Virus record (IMG/VR): IMGVR_UViG_3300033153_005382
Span: 20,862-84,861 of that record
DNA from: a virus
Reading direction: 5' to 3' (one strand)
DNA length: 64,000 nt
Position 1 is the first letter of the stretch; the number at the start of each line of letters is the position of its first letter. The translations under genes were made by a program, and so were the position numbers. Positions 26,099-35,157 of the stretch are shown here, piece by piece. Under the pieces are notes generated by a model. The model was not told the DNA's origin. It saw nothing but the letters and a program-made list of their open reading frames with translations, and did not search any database.

Positions 26099-26319
26099 GA
26101 CTCATCTCCTTGGATTGTGCCCGCCTACCCTCGGACGGTTCGTGGAAGATCGACTCTGTCTCACTCTCCTTCAGGGTTTCGAGGTAACTCATTCAGCATG
26201 GGGTACCAATCCCCACAGACCCTTAAGGGCTAGCTCGGGCAGGAGTCGAATTCGACTCCTCACATAACGCCTGGTCCGTCGGGTTCTGAGAGTCTGTGCT
26301 CTGTGCTGTTTCCCAAACC

Positions 26320-26435
26320 TACTGAAGGCTTGCTCCGTGTTCGATAAGGTACGAGCAGAACGTTTACTGGAGGCCTGCTCCGTGTTCAACGTTTGCTGAT
26401 TGACTGAGTCTACTGGAGGCCTGCTCCGTGTTCAA
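26320..26435. repeat. Three 25-bp direct repeats with unique 20- and 21-bp spacers
   Basis: TACTG(G/A)AGGC(C/T)TGCTCCGTGTTC(A/G)A at 26320, 26365 and 26411. Confidence 0.9.
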
Positions 26436-26790
26436 TCTCAGCCGAGAACCCGACCCGCTACTTGCGTCGCGTTAACTAGATCCTGCTAGTAATACGTATC
26501 CGACTTACTCCTGCGGTGGGTCAGGGGACTGGTGGAAATGCATTATCCCGAGCTATTTGGTTGCTTTCCCGGCTGGAAACTGGGCTTATTGACAATGCCA
26601 GTTATTGCGGGGGATCGACTGGGGGCCTGTCCCTTGTGTCTTGGCTGGGCGGGATGTTATTCGCTACTTGTGCCACCGCCTCAGCCCCCGTTTTCCTGGG
26701 GGACCTCGTCTTGGTCGATGCCGTCTGAATTGTGAAAGAACCTGGCCTTGCCCCCTCCCCTGCCTCCCCCCTCCCCTGCCCCGCATCTTA

Positions 26791-26819
26791 ATTATATACC
26801 TATATCCTATGACTGTCAA
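26791..26819 (-). promoter_or_regulatory. Consensus sigma70 promoter (early promoter)
   Basis: Minus strand TTGACA-GTCATAGGATATAGGTA(17 nt)-TATAAT. Confidence 0.85.
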
Positions 26820-26915
26820 TAGGCTTTAACCTGTTGGTATATAAAGATTTACGATACGACTTTTCGTTAATTTCCATGGATTCAGACTGCTTTTAGGGGT
26901 AAACGCATTATAATA

Positions 26916-26949
26916 ACACAAAACCCCACACCTTTGGGGGGTGTGGGGC
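26916..26949 (-). terminator. Intrinsic terminator closing the late/structural run
   Basis: Minus strand GCCCCACACC-loop-GGTGTGGGGTTTTGTGTT. Confidence 0.7.
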
Positions 26950-26988
26950 TATTATTCCCTTGATTTCTGTACTACTAATGTATTTCTA

Positions 26989-27192
26989 TTACCGTGGGTT
27001 CCGGCCCGGTTTCGTTTGTCTATTACTCCTAAATACGTCCACTTCTTCCTTCTCCAACAGTCGCCTGCCTAACACACAAATGGCCGTCAATCTTCCGTCG
27101 GCCAAAAAGTGAAACACCCTTCCATAACTCACTCCGATTCTCTCGGCTGATTCTTTTACAGTCAAATACTCCCGTCCTCCGACCTCTATCAT
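26989..27192 (-). CDS. Excisionase-like HTH DNA-binding protein
   Basis: YLTVKESAERIGVS..RV......GRL; ends in KPGR. Confidence 0.75.
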   Translation of the reverse strand: MIEVGGREYLTVKESAERIGVSYGRVFHFLADGRLTAICVLGRRLLEKEEVDVFRSNRQTKPGRNPR

Positions 27193-27270
27193 TGCCTTGC
27201 CTTATTCAATCGAATCTTGTGGAGTTTCTTCCTTGACAGATTCTTCTTCCTACCAGCCTGTCGATGACCC

Positions 27271-27468
27271 TTAATCCTCCTCTTCCGCTTCACTACGAAC
27301 CCCTTTCAGATTTCCCTCTGCCTTCACAACTGTCGATGGCCGACGTCCAAAACGATACGGCCACAACGGACAGTCCTCTGCACTACACTCACGTACCTCC
27401 TTTACGCTTCCACCGGAACAATCTACACACTTTGCTCGAATGGTTTTTAACGGTGTCTTTATCCTCAT
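27271..27468 (-). CDS. Small Cys-rich conserved phage-type protein
   Basis: TPLKTIRAKCVDCSGG....VREC....CPLWPYRFG. Confidence 0.65.
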   Translation of the reverse strand: MRIKTPLKTIRAKCVDCSGGSVKEVRECSAEDCPLWPYRFGRRPSTVVKAEGNLKGVRSEAEEED

Positions 27469-27730
27469 CTTCTTGCTCCCATTCTATCTTAACATTCCCC
27501 ATATGCTTTCGCCACAACGAATCAAACTTCGTCGCACTTACACAACTACTCCTAGGTACTACTATCTCAGTCATGGCCCCAGTCACGGACGTGTAATATC
27601 CATGCAACATCAATCCCACTGCTCCTACGACCCTGACCGTTGCGTATTCATCCCCTCTGCGAATCCGCAATTCGTTTCCCTCCTCCTCTGATAACCAATC
27701 CCTGATCCTAACTTTGAGCCAACGAAGCAT
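27389..27730 (-). CDS. Hypothetical protein
   Basis: ATG at 27730 after AAGGAG. Confidence 0.4.
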   Translation of the reverse strand: MLRWLKVRIRDWLSEEEGNELRIRRGDEYATVRVVGAVGLMLHGYYTSVTGAMTEIVVPRSSCVSATKFDSLWRKHMGNVKIEWEQEDEDKDTVKNHSSKVCRLFRWKRKGGT

Positions 27731-28385
27731 AACATCTCCTTCCCTCGTTCTCCCCATAGAACCTCTCAATTATAGATGACTCACTCTCCTTGACCCTAGA
27801 CAACAGATCCTTGTTCCACTTCACTTCTACAAAACTGTGAGAACATGGGCCTTCATCTATTACCTGACGCCTAAATCCGACTAGTCCTAACAAGTCCGAT
27901 AGATCACTGCTTATGGTCTCGTACCGTCCTATCCAATCAACCCACTCTCCCTGATCCGGACCAACATATGATTCAATCAACCTAGTATACCACAATGGGT
28001 ACCTCTCCAACATTACAAACACCCAATCGGCAAACGTTCCCTTTTTTGTTTCCCTGAAAACATCTAAAGCAGTAGCCAATGGATGCCACTTCACACACTT
28101 CGTCCTAACCGCAAACTTAGGCGGCTTCATACTAAACCACATCCATACAGACTCGTAATACGATACAGGGTGTCTCACAAACGTCGCTACCATCTTGACA
28201 TCTACCATCCGATGGCGATGCTTATGAGCATACAACCCCCACTTATCCGCACTCCATTGCACTTGAGCTTTATACCACGACTCGGCTTCGATGTTCCAGT
28301 TTGCTAACGATCTATTCAACCACTCCGTCCCTGTCCGCGGGATGTACTGGATCATTAACCCTTTGCTTCTTATGAACCTTGACAA
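27708..28385 (-). CDS. Sulfotransferase-like protein
   Basis: YIPRTGTEW (5'-PAPS loop-like), TFVRHPVSYYES, IGRYE. TTG start after GGAGGAG. Confidence 0.65.
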   Translation of the reverse strand: MSRFIRSKGLMIQYIPRTGTEWLNRSLANWNIEAESWYKAQVQWSADKWGLYAHKHRHRMVDVKMVATFVRHPVSYYESVWMWFSMKPPKFAVRTKCVKWHPLATALDVFRETKKGTFADWVFVMLERYPLWYTRLIESYVGPDQGEWVDWIGRYETISSDLSDLLGLVGFRRQVIDEGPCSHSFVEVKWNKDLLSRVKESESSIIERFYGENEGRRCYASLAQS

Positions 28386-29089
28386 GTTCTCCTCCCTTCG
28401 ACTATAAACTTGAACTTGCTCCAATCTGTCCACGTATTGACAGATAACGGACACTTGGATACGTGTATAGCCTTAATCTCAATCCTACCCTCAATCCACG
28501 TCAACTGTTCCAACGACTCCTTTCTAGCATAGCTCGATACCTGGTTGCCATTATTATACCACCACTCCAGAGCTACAGGATCCATCGCATACACTCCAAC
28601 ATGAATTTTAGCTCCCCGCATCCAAGCTCGGCTAAACCAATGACATCTGCCATATGATTCCGTTACCTTCACAACACTATACCGTGCATAATCCTCGATT
28701 TCTGACGGTCCTACTATTGTATTAACTCCTCCATTTACCGAACAGGCCATCTTAACCTGCTCCGGCTGAATAAACGGCTCATCAACTTGCCAATTGACGA
28801 TCCTCCTCCAGTCCGACAACCCACCTATTTCGTGAAACAGTCCTGCTATTCGACTTGTACCACAATCAAACTCACGATGTTCTGTGGTCTTGACAGTAAT
28901 ACCCTTTTCCTTACACAAATCCACTACCTCATTGTCTCCTGTCACAATCCATACGTTTTTCGTGAACTTGCTTGCCTGACTATGCGTCCATTCTAACAGT
29001 GTCTTTCCTCCTGCCACCAACATGGGTTTTCTTGGCAGCCTCGTGCTTTGATTCCTTACGGGAATTACAACTAGATCAGAAGTACTCAT
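28370..29089 (-). CDS. kdsB: CMP-Kdo synthetase-like cytidylyltransferase
   Basis: VIPVRNQSTRLPRKPM, CGTSRI, NWQVDEPFI, WFSRA, HVGVYA, ESLEQL. Confidence 0.85.
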   Translation of the reverse strand: MSTSDLVVIPVRNQSTRLPRKPMLVAGGKTLLEWTHSQASKFTKNVWIVTGDNEVVDLCKEKGITVKTTEHREFDCGTSRIAGLFHEIGGLSDWRRIVNWQVDEPFIQPEQVKMACSVNGGVNTIVGPSEIEDYARYSVVKVTESYGRCHWFSRAWMRGAKIHVGVYAMDPVALEWWYNNGNQVSSYARKESLEQLTWIEGRIEIKAIHVSKCPLSVNTWTDWSKFKFIVEGRRTCQGS

Positions 29090-29627
29090 ATCGTTCGCAC
29101 AGCTCCTCTTCCCTATGAACTATTTGTTGTCGTAGCCTCCGTACGTCCTTTGCCATAATTACACGCCTCCTCAACCGAGCCGGTATCTCAACCTCCTTCA
29201 TTACGTCTAACACTCCTTCGTTGATTCCCAATGACGAGAAAAACTCATCCACATTCCATGGGAAATCTTCGCACCTAAGACACACTTCAGCTTTGTACTC
29301 CTCCAGTATGTCTACTAACTGCACTTCGCTTTGCATCAAGTAGCTTTGAACAAACTCCATCCACCCTGTCCTTCGCAGTCCCCTAAACTGCTCGACGCAA
29401 CATCCTACACACTGTCTCTTGCCTTTTGTATACTTGTAAACCTCTCTCAGCCAATCAAACGGATGACGAACTAGTCCTACTCGAAACGATTGGCTTCGTC
29501 TTGACGGTGGTCTATGCAAATCCCCTTCCCCTTCTTCCTTCAATCCTGCTGTAAATGCAGCTTTAATAAACCACTCCCCACCTGTTCCAATTGGACAGGC
29601 AAATTCAAACAATCCAAAGTCTATCAT
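29076..29627 (-). CDS. Degenerate sulfotransferase-like protein
   Basis: PIGTGGEW, LVRHPFDWL, LRCEDF. Confidence 0.5.
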   Translation of the reverse strand: MIDFGLFEFACPIGTGGEWFIKAAFTAGLKEEGEGDLHRPPSRRSQSFRVGLVRHPFDWLREVYKYTKGKRQCVGCCVEQFRGLRRTGWMEFVQSYLMQSEVQLVDILEEYKAEVCLRCEDFPWNVDEFFSSLGINEGVLDVMKEVEIPARLRRRVIMAKDVRRLRQQIVHREEELCERYEYF

Positions 29628-29630
29628 ATA

Positions 29631-29921
29631 TCACCCCAACAATACCTCATCATGGTTCATCTGATTCAACTCCTTTACCTCCCTCCTCCTAACCCACGTC
29701 GCAACTAATTCTTTCACCTCCTCACATGGCACATCAACTACTTTCCGATTCGTCTTCCTGTCTATTATAGCCACGGTACCCTCGAAGCTTTCCTTAGCTA
29801 TGAACTTGAACTTCTCACATTCTACGATCAACATCATCATCCTCTCACTTTCTAAACCACCATATATCACCCTTCCTGATGTACTCCAACTTATATCCAT
29901 CTTCCTCAACAAATTCATCAA
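29631..29921 (-). CDS. Hypothetical protein
   Basis: ORF track; the start is probably later than annotated. Confidence 0.4.
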   Translation of the reverse strand: MMNLLRKMDISWSTSGRVIYGGLESERMMMLIVECEKFKFIAKESFEGTVAIIDRKTNRKVVDVPCEEVKELVATWVRRREVKELNQMNHDEVLLG

Positions 29922-30390
29922 CCGGTATTCGAACCTCTGATTCCTTATGCCCTAATCCCAAATAGTCATGTCCGATTGCAAATCCACCTCCTTTCACTTT
30001 TCTTACCCAACATCGCAAATCCTCCTCAACATCCTCAGCTTTATGGCTTCCATCGATGAACACAAAATCCAAAGACCCATCCTCGACTGTCTTGGAAGCC
30101 TTAGTACTTGACTCCCAAATAACCTCATACCGATACCCCGGAAATGCCGACAACCTCCGAATTGCTTCATCATGACATTTCGACATCTTCTCAACGCTGT
30201 AGTTAACAGTGCCTCCTCCGTGTCCTCTCTCCCATATATCAACCAGCATCAATCGAAGTCCGGGGAACTCCTTCAACAACTTCGCTGATGTTCCTGCCTT
30301 CCAAACTCCAATTTCCGCACCTACCAATGGTCCACCTGGGAACTCCCTCTGCAACAACTTGTACAAAGACCGTCGGTACTTTGCCATCAC
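29845..30390 (-). CDS. Class I SAM methyltransferase (Methyltransf_24-like)
   Basis: AEIGVWKAG, VDIW, DFVFIDGSH, GHDY. Confidence 0.85.
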   Translation of the reverse strand: MMAKYRRSLYKLLQREFPGGPLVGAEIGVWKAGTSAKLLKEFPGLRLMLVDIWERGHGGGTVNYSVEKMSKCHDEAIRRLSAFPGYRYEVIWESSTKASKTVEDGSLDFVFIDGSHKAEDVEEDLRCWVRKVKGGGFAIGHDYLGLGHKESEVRIPVDEFVEEDGYKLEYIRKGDIWWFRK

Positions 30391-31166
30391 AATCCCCTCC
30401 TTTGCTTTGGACTCTCGTAAACCCGTTTCGGATGTCTAAGCCTATAAACTCCCAGCAGATCGACCTTGGTAATCAGCCCCTTTTCCCGACAATTCTTTCG
30501 ATACCTCATATCGCATCTACAACTCACAAACGTTCCATCTGGCGTCGGTGTCTGAAACGTCTTATCGTCTGGCAAGTAGCCTTCCGACCTTGCAAAATCT
30601 CCCCTCACTATCTGAACCCCACCGATAGCCTTATTCAATTTCTTGTGAACAAACTCTTCCGGTTTGATGTCGATTGTCTGCGGATATCTGTGTATCTGTT
30701 CTACCCTCGCCGTTCCTATATCCCAATCACGATGTATCATTGTGTTCTCCGGATACACCATTACAGTTCCATCTGGCCAGTCCAACCCTCCCAATGATTC
30801 CAAACACCCTTGGTGAAACACATAATCAACATCGGTAAACCACACTATATCAGCCCGTGTATTCTTCGACGCTATGTTCCTTCCGATAGCCCGCCGTCCT
30901 ACTCGACCGGGACTCAACGTTACTACCTGCAAATCCAACCAACCATGGTGCCGAACAAAGTAGTTCAGTACTGCTCTCGTAGCCCTATCCTCTTCCGGAC
31001 AACACACAATGGTAATTCGTACATCAACCTCCCGCTTAGCAGGATAATACAACACCAACGAACTCAATTGGTACATGAGCAACGAATCGTAATACGGTCG
31101 CTCAATCGACTGACAATGAGACACTATCTCTATCAACATCAAACTCCCTTTCGAACTTGTAGCCAA
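30387..31166 (-). CDS. GT-A fold glycosyltransferase (GT2-like)
   Basis: RAIGRNIA...ADIVWFTDVD (DxD), GGVQ, GY. Confidence 0.7.
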   Translation of the reverse strand: MATSSKGSLMLIEIVSHCQSIERPYYDSLLMYQLSSLVLYYPAKREVDVRITIVCCPEEDRATRAVLNYFVRHHGWLDLQVVTLSPGRVGRRAIGRNIASKNTRADIVWFTDVDYVFHQGCLESLGGLDWPDGTVMVYPENTMIHRDWDIGTARVEQIHRYPQTIDIKPEEFVHKKLNKAIGGVQIVRGDFARSEGYLPDDKTFQTPTPDGTFVSCRCDMRYRKNCREKGLITKVDLLGVYRLRHPKRVYESPKQRRGL

Positions 31167-31800
31167 ACCGATCTACATCCCTTTGGTAATATCTCCCTAC
31201 TATCTCTACCAACTCCTCGTCGTAGTATGACTGATACCTCCTATGCTTTGACGTCCTACTGACAGGAAGCGGCACGTATGTCTTTCCGATCTCATCACAG
31301 AACCTTCTCCAATCCTCCTTCAACGTTTCAAATCGTAATACCTTATCGACGCCCCATTTTAACCAGGCTACCTGTGGGTTCACCTGTGAAAAACTCCGAA
31401 CGTTTCGACTACTTACCGGCTTCACAAACCTACCCGTCGATACTGTCCTTGCAAACAAATCGAAGGTCTTCAAACTTTGACTTGATCCTCGCTTCGGTGA
31501 CCTCCTAGGACGAAACTCCGACAGATAAGCATACAGACTAACCAACCTATCCCATGGATTCCGTACCACTGCCAACTTGATCGACCTATCCCACCACTCC
31601 TGTGATATATACTTCTTTCGATAGTACCCTGCAGCTACGTGCCTCAAATCCGTAAAATCACACCACTCGTCCCAATCCTGTGGCCTCCTTCGCTGGTAAC
31701 CTCCTCCGTTCTTCTTCATCCACTCCGTTATGGACGTTCCTGCTGTCTTCGGTATGTGAATGAATATCACCTGCTTGACCATACTCAACTCCCATAACAA
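31102..31800 (-). CDS. Sulfotransferase family 2 protein
   Basis: FIHIPKTAGTS, VRNPWDRLVSLY, RFETL, YYQRDVDRFGY. Confidence 0.9.
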   Translation of the reverse strand: MLWELSMVKQVIFIHIPKTAGTSITEWMKKNGGGYQRRRPQDWDEWCDFTDLRHVAAGYYRKKYISQEWWDRSIKLAVVRNPWDRLVSLYAYLSEFRPRRSPKRGSSQSLKTFDLFARTVSTGRFVKPVSSRNVRSFSQVNPQVAWLKWGVDKVLRFETLKEDWRRFCDEIGKTYVPLPVSRTSKHRRYQSYYDEELVEIVGRYYQRDVDRFGYKFEREFDVDRDSVSLSVD

Positions 31801-32429
31801 TACTCAAATCGTTCTACGTCCTCCCGATAGAATCTACCTACCTTTCTAACCAAATCATCAGTATAATACATCCAATAATCCCTACCTCGTCTCGACTTGT
31901 TCAACTTCCCCAACTTGGCTTGCGGCAACTCCGACTGCCTACAAAACTGACACCACTCATCCTCCAAATTCTCAAAACGAATCAAGACATCAACTTGCTT
32001 CCGCAGCCATTCTACCTGTGGATTCGCTTGTCCAAACTCCCTACAAGCTCTTCCACTAACTCGTCCTACCCATCTAGAACATCCCGAACATACCTCGGTG
32101 GCAAATTCCTCAAAACTTGTAAGATGTACATTTGACCGTTTCCAATGGCCCCGAAACCTAATCCCTTTCCAATAGGCATACAGACTAACCAACCTATCCC
32201 ATGGATTCCGTACCACTGCCAACTTGATCGACCTATCCCACCACTCCTCGGTGATATGTCCTTTCGATAAATACCACTCTGACGACAAATGGCCTAAGCT
32301 CGTAAACCAACATCCTTTGTCCCACTCCTTCGGTCTGTATTTCTGAAACGTTCCGTTCCTTCGTCCATACGACTCAATGGACGTGCCTGCGCATCGCGGT
32401 ACATGGACAAATATCACCTGTCTTGTCAT
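31785..32429 (-). CDS. Sulfotransferase family 2 protein (paralog)
   Basis: FVHVPRCAGTS, VRNPWDRLVSLY, RFENL, FYREDVERFEY. Confidence 0.9.
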   Translation of the reverse strand: MTRQVIFVHVPRCAGTSIESYGRRNGTFQKYRPKEWDKGCWFTSLGHLSSEWYLSKGHITEEWWDRSIKLAVVRNPWDRLVSLYAYWKGIRFRGHWKRSNVHLTSFEEFATEVCSGCSRWVGRVSGRACREFGQANPQVEWLRKQVDVLIRFENLEDEWCQFCRQSELPQAKLGKLNKSRRGRDYWMYYTDDLVRKVGRFYREDVERFEYCYGS

Positions 32430-32983
32430 GCCGGCCTCAACACCATAATCCGCTTCGTAAAGTATGGCCGTGTCAATCTATTCCTTAACCTACTAGTCTC
32501 CTCGTCATCTACCAACCAATCCCATTCCCTGAATCTAGCTGCTACGTACTCAGGCTTCCTATTGTTCACATGGCCATTGCCTCTCTGTCCAGGCTTTCCC
32601 CAAGTGACTATTAGCCCTTTCTTTGCCAACAAACTAACATTGCGAAAAACCTCATCCTCAAAAGCTTTGGGAATATGCTCCCCAACATCGAGGAACAATC
32701 CCCAATCCTCAGCACTGTACGGAATTGTATCTGACGTCAAATCACAAAACTTGACAAGTCCTCCTGTAATCTCCTCTACGTCTTCGCCTCCGTCCAATCC
32801 TACAACTTTGTACCCCAACTCCTGGAACGCCCTCACATACTGTCCAACGCCGCATCCAATGTCAACAATGGTCTCGTCTATCGGGATCAAATCCGCCAAT
32901 GCCCTTACTAACTCTGCCTTAGGCCTCTTCTTCGTCCTCTTTCCCAAGCTGTTTCTTGAGAACCCTCCCTTTGCTCTCCTCAT
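32426..32983 (-). CDS. Class I SAM methyltransferase
   Basis: VDIGCGVG, GLDG, VGEHIP, PGQRGNGHVN. Confidence 0.85.
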   Translation of the reverse strand: MRRAKGGFSRNSLGKRTKKRPKAELVRALADLIPIDETIVDIGCGVGQYVRAFQELGYKVVGLDGGEDVEEITGGLVKFCDLTSDTIPYSAEDWGLFLDVGEHIPKAFEDEVFRNVSLLAKKGLIVTWGKPGQRGNGHVNNRKPEYVAARFREWDWLVDDEETSRLRNRLTRPYFTKRIMVLRPA

Positions 32984-32986
32984 GGT

Positions 32987-34318
32987 CTACCTCCTATGTC
33001 TAAATATCGGTTCGGGTCCCTTATCTACTAATCCCTTCAACATTCCACACCTAGGCCTAATAAGACGCTGATCCGGCTGGAACGAATCCCAAAGCTCCTG
33101 CAACGTCATTCGACCGAATCTCTTATCGACGGAATACGTAATGAACTGCTCATCGCCTGCTTTCTTCTTGGGATACTTCTCTATCAATTCCTCATAGTCC
33201 TCGAAAAACCAATCCAGTAACTCAACACACGTGAAGTACATAAAGCATCCAAACAATCCTACCAACGGTGTCACCCGGGTCCAGCCATTGCCCTCCCTAG
33301 GCCGAAACCAAAAATAGCCTTTCTTGTAACTAATCAAAGGCATTTGCATCAACCGACCCAACCCTTTCTTTGCATACAACAACTCCATTACCCTGCCTTG
33401 ATCGAATCCAAGAGCCGGATACGTATCCATATCCGTATACAGCACCTCACCATATTCCTTCAACGCTTCCCTAACTAAGTACAACTTATTCCATGACAAC
33501 ACTCCACCCGACACCCTCATTATCGGTTCCGGATGTACCTCCACTATATTCCTAGCTCCCTTATCCTCTAACAGCTGCGTAGCCTCCCTTCCCATGGTAT
33601 AATACACAACCGTCTCCTGTGCAAACTCCGGATTTCTGCGAAACGATTTTCGTAGGTCCTTCAAAATCTTCGGACGGGTCCGTTCAAAATCGCCACCATA
33701 CAACACTCGCACAAACTTCATGGTTAAACCCTCCGACCTCCGAAAAACTAACAATCGCTTGTTCATCCTACTAAACTGTCCAGCTACCGCTCTAGCTTGC
33801 CTTGTCTTCTCCTCACTGAGACACCACCCCAATCGTCCAAACAAATTCGCTACGTATGATGCTTCCCTTCTATTCTTAGCCCTCCAATCAGGCGTCTTCT
33901 CATCTGCCCAAGCAACAACTAACCACTTCCTCGGAATTCTCGCTGTCCCTTTTGCTAGCTCCCACTCTAATTTCCTAGGGACATGCTCTCCTACATTCAA
34001 CATCAATCCCCAATCCGCACATTTATCCCACTTTCCACTTCCTTCAGTCACGTCGAACTGAAAAGTCCTCCCCTCACTAATCTCCTCTATTCCTTCTGAT
34101 CCATCCAATCCGAATATCTTGTATGCATTGGTCTTATGCATACAAGTCTTTACCAGTTTGCCTGGCCCTGCTCCAATATCTACGACACTCGCTCCTTCGG
34201 GAACGATTGTCTTGATCATCTGATACATCAACCGACGTTTCTTCTTACCAACATTCAGTCTTGCATTCAACTGCTGCTCGGCTGTAAAAACGCCAGTATT
34301 GTCTCTCTCCTTATCCAT
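32987..34318 (-). CDS. Methyltransferase fused to a nucleotide-diphospho-sugar transferase-like domain
   Basis: N-half: VDIGAGPG, GLDG, VGEHVP. C-half: WNKLYLVREAL, VLYTDMD (DxD), GDEQ. Confidence 0.7.
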   Translation of the reverse strand: MDKERDNTGVFTAEQQLNARLNVGKKKRRLMYQMIKTIVPEGASVVDIGAGPGKLVKTCMHKTNAYKIFGLDGSEGIEEISEGRTFQFDVTEGSGKWDKCADWGLMLNVGEHVPRKLEWELAKGTARIPRKWLVVAWADEKTPDWRAKNRREASYVANLFGRLGWCLSEEKTRQARAVAGQFSRMNKRLLVFRRSEGLTMKFVRVLYGGDFERTRPKILKDLRKSFRRNPEFAQETVVYYTMGREATQLLEDKGARNIVEVHPEPIMRVSGGVLSWNKLYLVREALKEYGEVLYTDMDTYPALGFDQGRVMELLYAKKGLGRLMQMPLISYKKGYFWFRPREGNGWTRVTPLVGLFGCFMYFTCVELLDWFFEDYEELIEKYPKKKAGDEQFITYSVDKRFGRMTLQELWDSFQPDQRLIRPRCGMLKGLVDKGPEPIFRHRR

Positions 34319-34973
34319 CCCAATTTTCCGGATTGAACACTTTGATAGGAGTAGTCCTTCTCGGAAACTTTCCTTCCGGTGGTGTTCCTCCTACGAAATC
34401 AGCTATCAATTTCCACAACACCAAATCCTTCATACTGAACACATCCAAAACCAACAAACGTTCTGGTTCCCGTGCGAAGTACTCCTGAACTTCGCTAGAA
34501 TGCCTAATAAACCCTTCCCTTAGTTGCTCCTTAGTCGGAGTCTCACTTCCATAATGTCTCTTGTGCAACATGTTACCGCGGCGAGGATCAGCTCTTCCTC
34601 CTGTTCCGATCTTTCCTTTAGCAGACTTCAACCATTGATCTACTGGCCGCAACGTGAGAATAAACTTCGAGTCCTGCCTCTCCTCAGCCAACTGTCTCCA
34701 ATGGAACGACGGCATGTGTCCGCAATACTCGTAAGTCTCATACAACATCAAATCAATACGTCCTGCTTCCATCTTCTCGATGGCGTCATTGATACACAAA
34801 GTACAGCCTCCCGATCCATGAATAGCTTTCAAACCGAACGACTTAAAAGCAACATAAACAGACCTTGTTGCAGTCCTTCCCATTCCTATCTCGAAATAAC
34901 GACACCTCACCTCCTTCAGCAAAACTCCCCGATGCCTTGCACATGCCCACGGTCTGTTATATGGTCTGTTCAT
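34311..34973 (-). CDS. Sulfotransferase (Sulfotransfer_4-like P-loop family)
   Basis: IGMGRTATRS, KFILTLRPVDQWLKS, VQEYF...RLLVLDV, FP. Confidence 0.8.
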   Translation of the reverse strand: MNRPYNRPWACARHRGVLLKEVRCRYFEIGMGRTATRSVYVAFKSFGLKAIHGSGGCTLCINDAIEKMEAGRIDLMLYETYEYCGHMPSFHWRQLAEERQDSKFILTLRPVDQWLKSAKGKIGTGGRADPRRGNMLHKRHYGSETPTKEQLREGFIRHSSEVQEYFAREPERLLVLDVFSMKDLVLWKLIADFVGGTPPEGKFPRRTTPIKVFNPENWDG

Positions 34974-35157
34974 GCTTCAATGCCTCGTAATCGAATGAAT
35001 ACAACTTGCGAAATCGTCCAACTTCTCCTTTCTTTGTACTCGATGGTGCCTCATGTACCATAAATTCTCTCCCAACAAACTCCTCAAACTTCCCCTTAGG
35101 GTTCCTCCGCCTGTCCTAGGGGAGATGCAATAGCAGTACTTTCGGATAACCCATCAT
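34959..35157 (-). pseudogene. Frameshifted, internally deleted sulfotransferase remnant
   Basis: MMGYPKVLLLHLP* is followed, after removing one C from CCCC, by PRTGGGTLR (PAPS loop). A third frame gives RFRKLYSFDYEAL, resembling a sulfotransferase C-terminus. Confidence 0.55.

Noticed and set aside
26189-26389. 66-aa ORF across the 25-bp repeats
   Set aside because: TTG start with no RBS, and the 46-bp spacing of the third repeat is not a multiple of three.
26989-27192. Excisionase as evidence of a prophage or integration module
   Set aside because: No integrase, att site or host genes are visible, and such HTH proteins are common regulators.
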